DNA of 64,000 nucleotides from Acidobacteriota bacterium (GTDB taxonomy: Bacteria; Acidobacteriota; UBA6911; RPQK01; JAJDTT01): assembly GCA_965263035.1 (NCBI GenBank), contig OZ253580.1:1344001-1408000 (forward strand), given 5' to 3'. Of the stretch, positions 59,393-64,000 are shown piece by piece. Each line of letters begins with the position of its first letter. The first letter of the stretch is position 1. The position numbers were made by a program, and so were the translations under genes. The notes beneath the pieces were generated by a model. It was not told the origin of the DNA. It saw only the letters and a program-made list of their open reading frames with translations, and ran no database searches.

Positions 59393-61857
59393 CTGCCCTA
59401 TACCCACAAATAGTGCTGGACAAACAAGAATGCCTGTCGTAGTCTCCACGACATGGCAGTTCAGAACCAGATCAAGCGCACCTTGAGCCGAGAGTTGGAT
59501 CGTTTGCACGCCGTGATGAGGCGGGAGAAGTTCGCCCACCGGACGGCGCTGGCGGACCGGGTCTGCTCGGAGTTTGGATTTCACGATGCCCGAGGGCGGG
59601 CGCAACGGAGCGGCTGCCTGAAGGCGCTCCGGGAGCTGGAGGCGGGCGGACGGATTCGTCTGCCGACGCCGCGACGGCGGGTGAAACATTGCGGGCCCCG
59701 AGGACTGGGCCGTGCGGTGCCGGAGCCGGTCGGGGTGCCCGAGACGGTGGACGGCGTGCGGGAGCTGGAGTTGATCGCGGTGGAGACGGGTCCGCAACGA
59801 GCGCTCTGGAACGAGTTGATGGCGCGAGAGCATCCACGGGGCGCGGGGCCGTTGGTGGGTGCTCAACTACGCTATCTGGTGGGCTCGGCGCACGGCTGGC
59901 TGGGGGGCTTGGGGTTCGGGGCGGCGGCGTTGCGGTTGCGGGACCGGGACCGCTGGATCGGATGGGATGAGGAACAACGCCGGGCGCACCTGCACCGGGT
60001 GGTGGGGCTGAGCCGGTTTCTGATCCGTCCGTCAGTGAGGTGTCGTAATCTGGCCTCCCGGGTGCTGGGGGAGGTGTTGCGGCGGCTGGGTCCGGAGTTC
60101 CAGGCGCGCTACGGCTACCGTCCCTGGCTGGTGGAGACCTTCGTGGAGACGGCTCGCCACGATGGGGCCAGTTTGCGCGCCACGAACTGGAGGGTTCTGG
60201 GGCAGACGCAGGGTCGAGGCCGGCAAGATCGGGCGCACCGGGGTGCGGAGACGAGCAAGGCGATCTATGGGTATGAGTTGTGCCGGGATTGGCGTCGGCG
60301 GTTGGGGGTGGGACCGGCGCCGAGGCGGGGAGTGGAACCGATGTCGGAGGGCGAGGGACTGGAGGGAGCGGGCTGGGCTCAGCAGGAGTTGGGCGGGGCG
60401 CCGCTGGGAGACCGGCGCTTGAGTCGGCGACTGGTGGAGAGTGCGCACCGTCAGGCGCAGGAGCCGGGGCGGGCGTTCACGGGAGTGGCGCGGGGCGATC
60501 CGGCGGCGGTCAAGGGATACTACCGGCTGATCGACCAGCCGGAAGCCTCGGCGGTGACGGTGTCCAACATCCTGGCCCCGCACCGGGAGCGGACCCGGCA
60601 GCGGATGCAGGGGCAGCGGACGGTGCTGTGCATCCAGGACGGGAGCGATCTGAACTTCACGCGGCACGGCCGGTGTGAGGGACTGGGGGTGATCGGGCGC
60701 AACCAGACGGGAGCGACGGCGCGGGGACTGCATCTGCACGCGACGCTGGTGGTGAGTGAGACGGGGCTGCCGCTGGGGGTGTTGCGGGCGAAGCTGGACG
60801 CGCCGAAGCCGGGACCGGTGGCCACGCGGAAAAAGAAGAAGACGTATCGCTGGATCGAGGGACTTCGGGACTGCGCCGAGGTGTCGCGGTCCCTCGACGG
60901 GGTGCGGGTGGTCAGCGTGGTGGACCGGGAGGCGGATTTTTTCGCACTGTTCGCCGAGCAACGAGCGTCTCCGGAGGTGGAGTTGCTGGTGCGTGCGAAG
61001 CAGGATCGGGTGCTGAAGCGGAAGACCCGGGCGAAGGCGGCCGGGAAAAGCGGGGATCCGGACCAGGAGCAGAAGCGGAAGCTGTTCGGGCGCCTGCGAT
61101 CGGCGCCGGTGCGGGCCCGGATGCTGCTGGAGGTGAAGCGTCAGAGTGCGCGGATCAAGGCCAGCAAGCAGGCGGCCCGCCCGCGGCGGCTGGCGCGGGT
61201 GGCACGGATGGAACTGCGCTACGAGACCCTGACGATTCCGGCGCCGCGCGGGAACCCAACCGGCATCCCGTCGCTGAGACTGTCGGTGGTGCACGCGCGG
61301 GAGGTCGCGCCGCCGGCGCAGGGGAAGCGCCTGGAATGGTTCCTGCTCACCACCCTGCCGGTGACCGATGTCGAGACGGCGCAGCAACTGCTGAGATGGT
61401 ATGCCCTGCGCTGGCGGGTGGAGGATTATTTCCGGGTGCTCAAGACCGGATGCCGGGTGCAACAGCTCCAGCACCAAACCGCCGAACGTCTGAAACGGGC
61501 CATCGCCATGCACGCCGTCATCGCCTGGCGGATCATGCTGATGACGCTGTTGGGGCGAGAGGACCCGGATCTGCCGGCGCAGTTGCTGTTTTCCGATCTG
61601 GAAATCCGGGTCCTGGGGGCGTTTGCCGCGTCGCGACGATACCCACCGCCGGAAGACCTGGGGGCGGCCGTGCTCGTGCTGGCCCGCCTGGGAGGATATC
61701 TGGCTCGTAAACACGACCCCCCACCCGGGCATCAACTGCTGTGGCAGGGCTACGTCACGCTTTACGGCATGTGTCTGGGCTTCGCTTTACGAGAAGAAAC
61801 ATGAACGAAACCAGACCCAGGCTAATGTGCCCTGTGCAATATGTGGGTAAAGGGCAG
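59393..61857 (+). mobile_element. IS4-family insertion sequence, copy 2 (2465 bp)
   Basis: Same terminal inverted repeats as copy 1; 8-bp direct repeat GGCTAGCT at 59385-59392 and 61858-61865. Confidence 0.95.
59453..61804 (+). CDS. IS4-family transposase with N-terminal DUF4338 (DruA-like) domain
   Basis: 783 aa, nearly identical to 9311-11662. Confidence 0.93.
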   Translation: MAVQNQIKRTLSRELDRLHAVMRREKFAHRTALADRVCSEFGFHDARGRAQRSGCLKALRELEAGGRIRLPTPRRRVKHCGPRGLGRAVPEPVGVPETVDGVRELELIAVETGPQRALWNELMAREHPRGAGPLVGAQLRYLVGSAHGWLGGLGFGAAALRLRDRDRWIGWDEEQRRAHLHRVVGLSRFLIRPSVRCRNLASRVLGEVLRRLGPEFQARYGYRPWLVETFVETARHDGASLRATNWRVLGQTQGRGRQDRAHRGAETSKAIYGYELCRDWRRRLGVGPAPRRGVEPMSEGEGLEGAGWAQQELGGAPLGDRRLSRRLVESAHRQAQEPGRAFTGVARGDPAAVKGYYRLIDQPEASAVTVSNILAPHRERTRQRMQGQRTVLCIQDGSDLNFTRHGRCEGLGVIGRNQTGATARGLHLHATLVVSETGLPLGVLRAKLDAPKPGPVATRKKKKTYRWIEGLRDCAEVSRSLDGVRVVSVVDREADFFALFAEQRASPEVELLVRAKQDRVLKRKTRAKAAGKSGDPDQEQKRKLFGRLRSAPVRARMLLEVKRQSARIKASKQAARPRRLARVARMELRYETLTIPAPRGNPTGIPSLRLSVVHAREVAPPAQGKRLEWFLLTTLPVTDVETAQQLLRWYALRWRVEDYFRVLKTGCRVQQLQHQTAERLKRAIAMHAVIAWRIMLMTLLGREDPDLPAQLLFSDLEIRVLGAFAASRRYPPPEDLGAAVLVLARLGGYLARKHDPPPGHQLLWQGYVTLYGMCLGFALREET

Positions 61858-61859
61858 GG

Positions 61860-63299
61860 CTAGCTCGCGCCGCGGCCCCAGACTACGGCCGGTATGGTCT
61901 TGAGCAGAATCCAGAGATCGAGCTTCAAGGACCACTGGTCGATGTACTGGAGATCCAGCTTCATCCATTCCTGAAAGTCCAGCTCGTTCCGGCCGGAGAT
62001 CTGCCAGAGACAGGTGATGCCCGGCTTGACGCTCAGGCGCCGCCGCTGGCTCCGGGAATAGTGCCGGACCTCCTCGGGGAGCGGCGCCCGGGGGCCCACC
62101 AGGCTCATCTCGCCTCTCAACACGTTTGCCAGTTGCGGCAACTCGTCGATGCTGTACCTGCGCAGAATGCGTCCCAAGGACGTCACGCGGGGATCGTTGC
62201 GCATCTTGAACACCGGACCGTCCATCTCGTTGAGATGCCGGAGTTCCCGGAGCTGGTCCTCGGCCCCTTCGACCATGGTGCGAAACTTGACCAGCCGGAA
62301 CTCCCGGCCGTAGAGCCCGCGCCGAACCTGACGATAGAAGACCGATCCGGGTGAGGTGAACTTGATCAGAGCCATGATCAGGAGCATGAAGGGGGACGCC
62401 AGCGCCAGCAGAGCCGACGCCAGGACACAATCCATGATCCGCTTGACCACCAGGGCCACGCTCTGGTCCGGAGCCATGGAGAAGGTGATGAGGGGAAGCT
62501 CCTCCAGGAAATCGAGCGATAGCCTGGAGGCGGATGCGGGGAAGAAGTCGGCGGCGATCCGGGTCCGGATTCCGAGCTCCTCACACAGTTTCAGAACCTC
62601 CTGAAACTGGCGGTTGTCCTCGGGCTGAGCGTCCACGAATATGATCTCGTCCACGATCAGCCGGTCCATGACCAAGTCGGGAAGATCCTTGAGCGATCCC
62701 ACAATCCGTATCCCGGGGGCCTCGGTCCAGGTTTCTCCAGGCGCCAGATGTCCGACGACGTGGTAGCCCCACTTTCGGAACCGGACCAGCACCTCGCTGA
62801 CATGCTGGGCCCGGGAGTCGATTCCCACGACCAGGATCTTGACCTGATGGTGCTCGTTGACGTTCCGGGTCCTCAAGATCCAATGCAGCAGAATGCGGTT
62901 CAAGCCCAGAAAGAGACCGGAGAGTCCGATGAAATTGAAGAAAACGGGCCGGCTCACATCCAGGTCGAACACGAAGACGATGAAACCCACGGCAAGACCG
63001 GCGGCGCAGACGAAGCGGCCGATGCGGAACAGGTGCTGGGAGGCGGAGACCTGGTAGAAGCGAGAGTATTGTTGGGTCATCCGGAGGATGGGAATCCAAA
63101 TCGGCAACACGGCCAGCAGATAGACCAGGTAACGGGAATAGGGCAGCAGAACCGGATGGAATGCGGGCGCGATCAAGGCCGGCGCCAATTCCACCAGCAA
63201 GGATCGGGAGAAATAGGCCAGGGTCAAGGCCAGAAAGGCGACGGCGATGTCCGCCGCCTGAAGGAGGTTGCCGTAGACTTGAGACTGGCGATCGAACAT
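61860..63299 (-). CDS. Polyprenyl-phosphate sugar phosphotransferase (WcaJ/WbaP-like)
   Basis: N-terminal TM helices, KRIMD, KFRTM, DPRVT, SIDELPQL.NVLRGEMSLVGPR, VKPGITCLWQISGRN. Confidence 0.93.
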   Translation of the reverse strand: MFDRQSQVYGNLLQAADIAVAFLALTLAYFSRSLLVELAPALIAPAFHPVLLPYSRYLVYLLAVLPIWIPILRMTQQYSRFYQVSASQHLFRIGRFVCAAGLAVGFIVFVFDLDVSRPVFFNFIGLSGLFLGLNRILLHWILRTRNVNEHHQVKILVVGIDSRAQHVSEVLVRFRKWGYHVVGHLAPGETWTEAPGIRIVGSLKDLPDLVMDRLIVDEIIFVDAQPEDNRQFQEVLKLCEELGIRTRIAADFFPASASRLSLDFLEELPLITFSMAPDQSVALVVKRIMDCVLASALLALASPFMLLIMALIKFTSPGSVFYRQVRRGLYGREFRLVKFRTMVEGAEDQLRELRHLNEMDGPVFKMRNDPRVTSLGRILRRYSIDELPQLANVLRGEMSLVGPRAPLPEEVRHYSRSQRRRLSVKPGITCLWQISGRNELDFQEWMKLDLQYIDQWSLKLDLWILLKTIPAVVWGRGAS

Positions 63300-63358
63300 C
63301 TCGGTGTCGTCCCCGAAGCGGCCCGCCGGACCTGGCCGGGAGCCGGGGGGCGTTCAAT

Positions 63359-64000
63359 TCAGCAATCGGTCAGGTCCCCGATCCGGGGAGGCCGGGACAT
63401 GAGGAAACCCTCCGCCAAGGAGCATCCTACTAGACTCCCCACGTGCGTGTGGAAACTCCGGATCCTTTCCAGGAACCGAGGATCGCTGAGATAGGTGGCA
63501 GGCTCGCTCGAGTCCGAGCGAAATAACTGGGACGCAAAGGCCTCCAAAGCGCGCTCCTTCTGCTCGTAGTGGTCCGAAATGTCCACTCCGAAGTGGGGTA
63601 CGACCGGCTGATCGAAATGGGTCCAGTAGGCGATCCGCTGCGGACGGAAACGCGGTTGAGACGTTTCGATGGCCGCCAGGCCGGCATGGTGAACCGCCTC
63701 CTCTACCAGAATCGTTGCCTTGCCGTGGTCCGGATGGCCCCATCTGGAATGAGTCAGGACCAGCTTGGGCCGGTACTGGCGGATCACTCGGATCAATTCC
63801 AGACGGCTCTCCTCATCGAGACTCAGATCCCCGTCTCTCAACCCCAGGTTCAGCCGGAAGTCCAGACCCAGGAGAGCAGCCGCGCGACGGGCTTCGAGGG
63901 CCCGGGTCTCAATCGTACCGCGGGTTCCCAACTCGCCCCGTGTCAGATCCACGACGCCTGTGCGGCGACCCAGGGACTTCAGGCGAAGCAGCGTCCCGCC
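63359..64000 (-). CDS. bshB1: Bacillithiol biosynthesis deacetylase / PIG-L family (5' end outside window)
   Basis: GGTLL...GVVDLTRGELGTRG, HPDH, VDISD, AFASQ, AEGF. Confidence 0.85.
   Translation of the reverse strand, partial: GGTLLRLKSLGRRTGVVDLTRGELGTRGTIETRALEARRAAALLGLDFRLNLGLRDGDLSLDEESRLELIRVIRQYRPKLVLTHSRWGHPDHGKATILVEEAVHHAGLAAIETSQPRFRPQRIAYWTHFDQPVVPHFGVDISDHYEQKERALEAFASQLFRSDSSEPATYLSDPRFLERIRSFHTHVGSLVGCSLAEGFLMSRPPRIGDLTDC

Overview
GC-rich bacterial chromosomal window, most likely Acidobacteriota. This is inferred from a GWxTD-family gene, a split atp operon with two b subunits and no atpB/atpE, a Fur-ferritin fusion and bshB1 beside a WcaJ-like transferase. The left part (about 1.4-27.3 kb) is an accessory catabolic region: secreted glycoside-hydrolase-like beta-propeller paralogs, two sulfatases, two BNR/sialidase-like proteins, hydrolases and a Rieske oxygenase. 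It contains three disrupted genes and several gene remnants and ends at tRNA-Gln. The right part is mostly housekeeping: the F1/b/b' atp genes, mmsA, pepF, tRNA-Val, proC, bioB, ruvX, mltG and a heterodimeric ABC exporter. Mobile DNA includes two intact ~2.46-kb IS4-family elements whose transposase carries an N-terminal DUF4338/DruA-like domain (8-bp GGCTAGCY target duplications), three copies of a ~163-bp TA-targeting MITE (two at TAG stop codons of intact genes), a 240-bp MITE with IS1380-like ends, and a GTAG-type REP doublet. The most unusual signal is a short non-palindromic motif, GAAGAAA(T/C)AGACTGTCCC(TTTTT). It occurs at four intergenic loci, always in the same orientation and often stuttered. 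It abuts captured or truncated gene pieces: a HigBA module plus the start of an MmeI-like gene, an internal istB fragment, and a Tat-signal stub. This suggests an uncharacterised DNA capture or breakpoint-tagging process. No CRISPR array or rRNA was seen.
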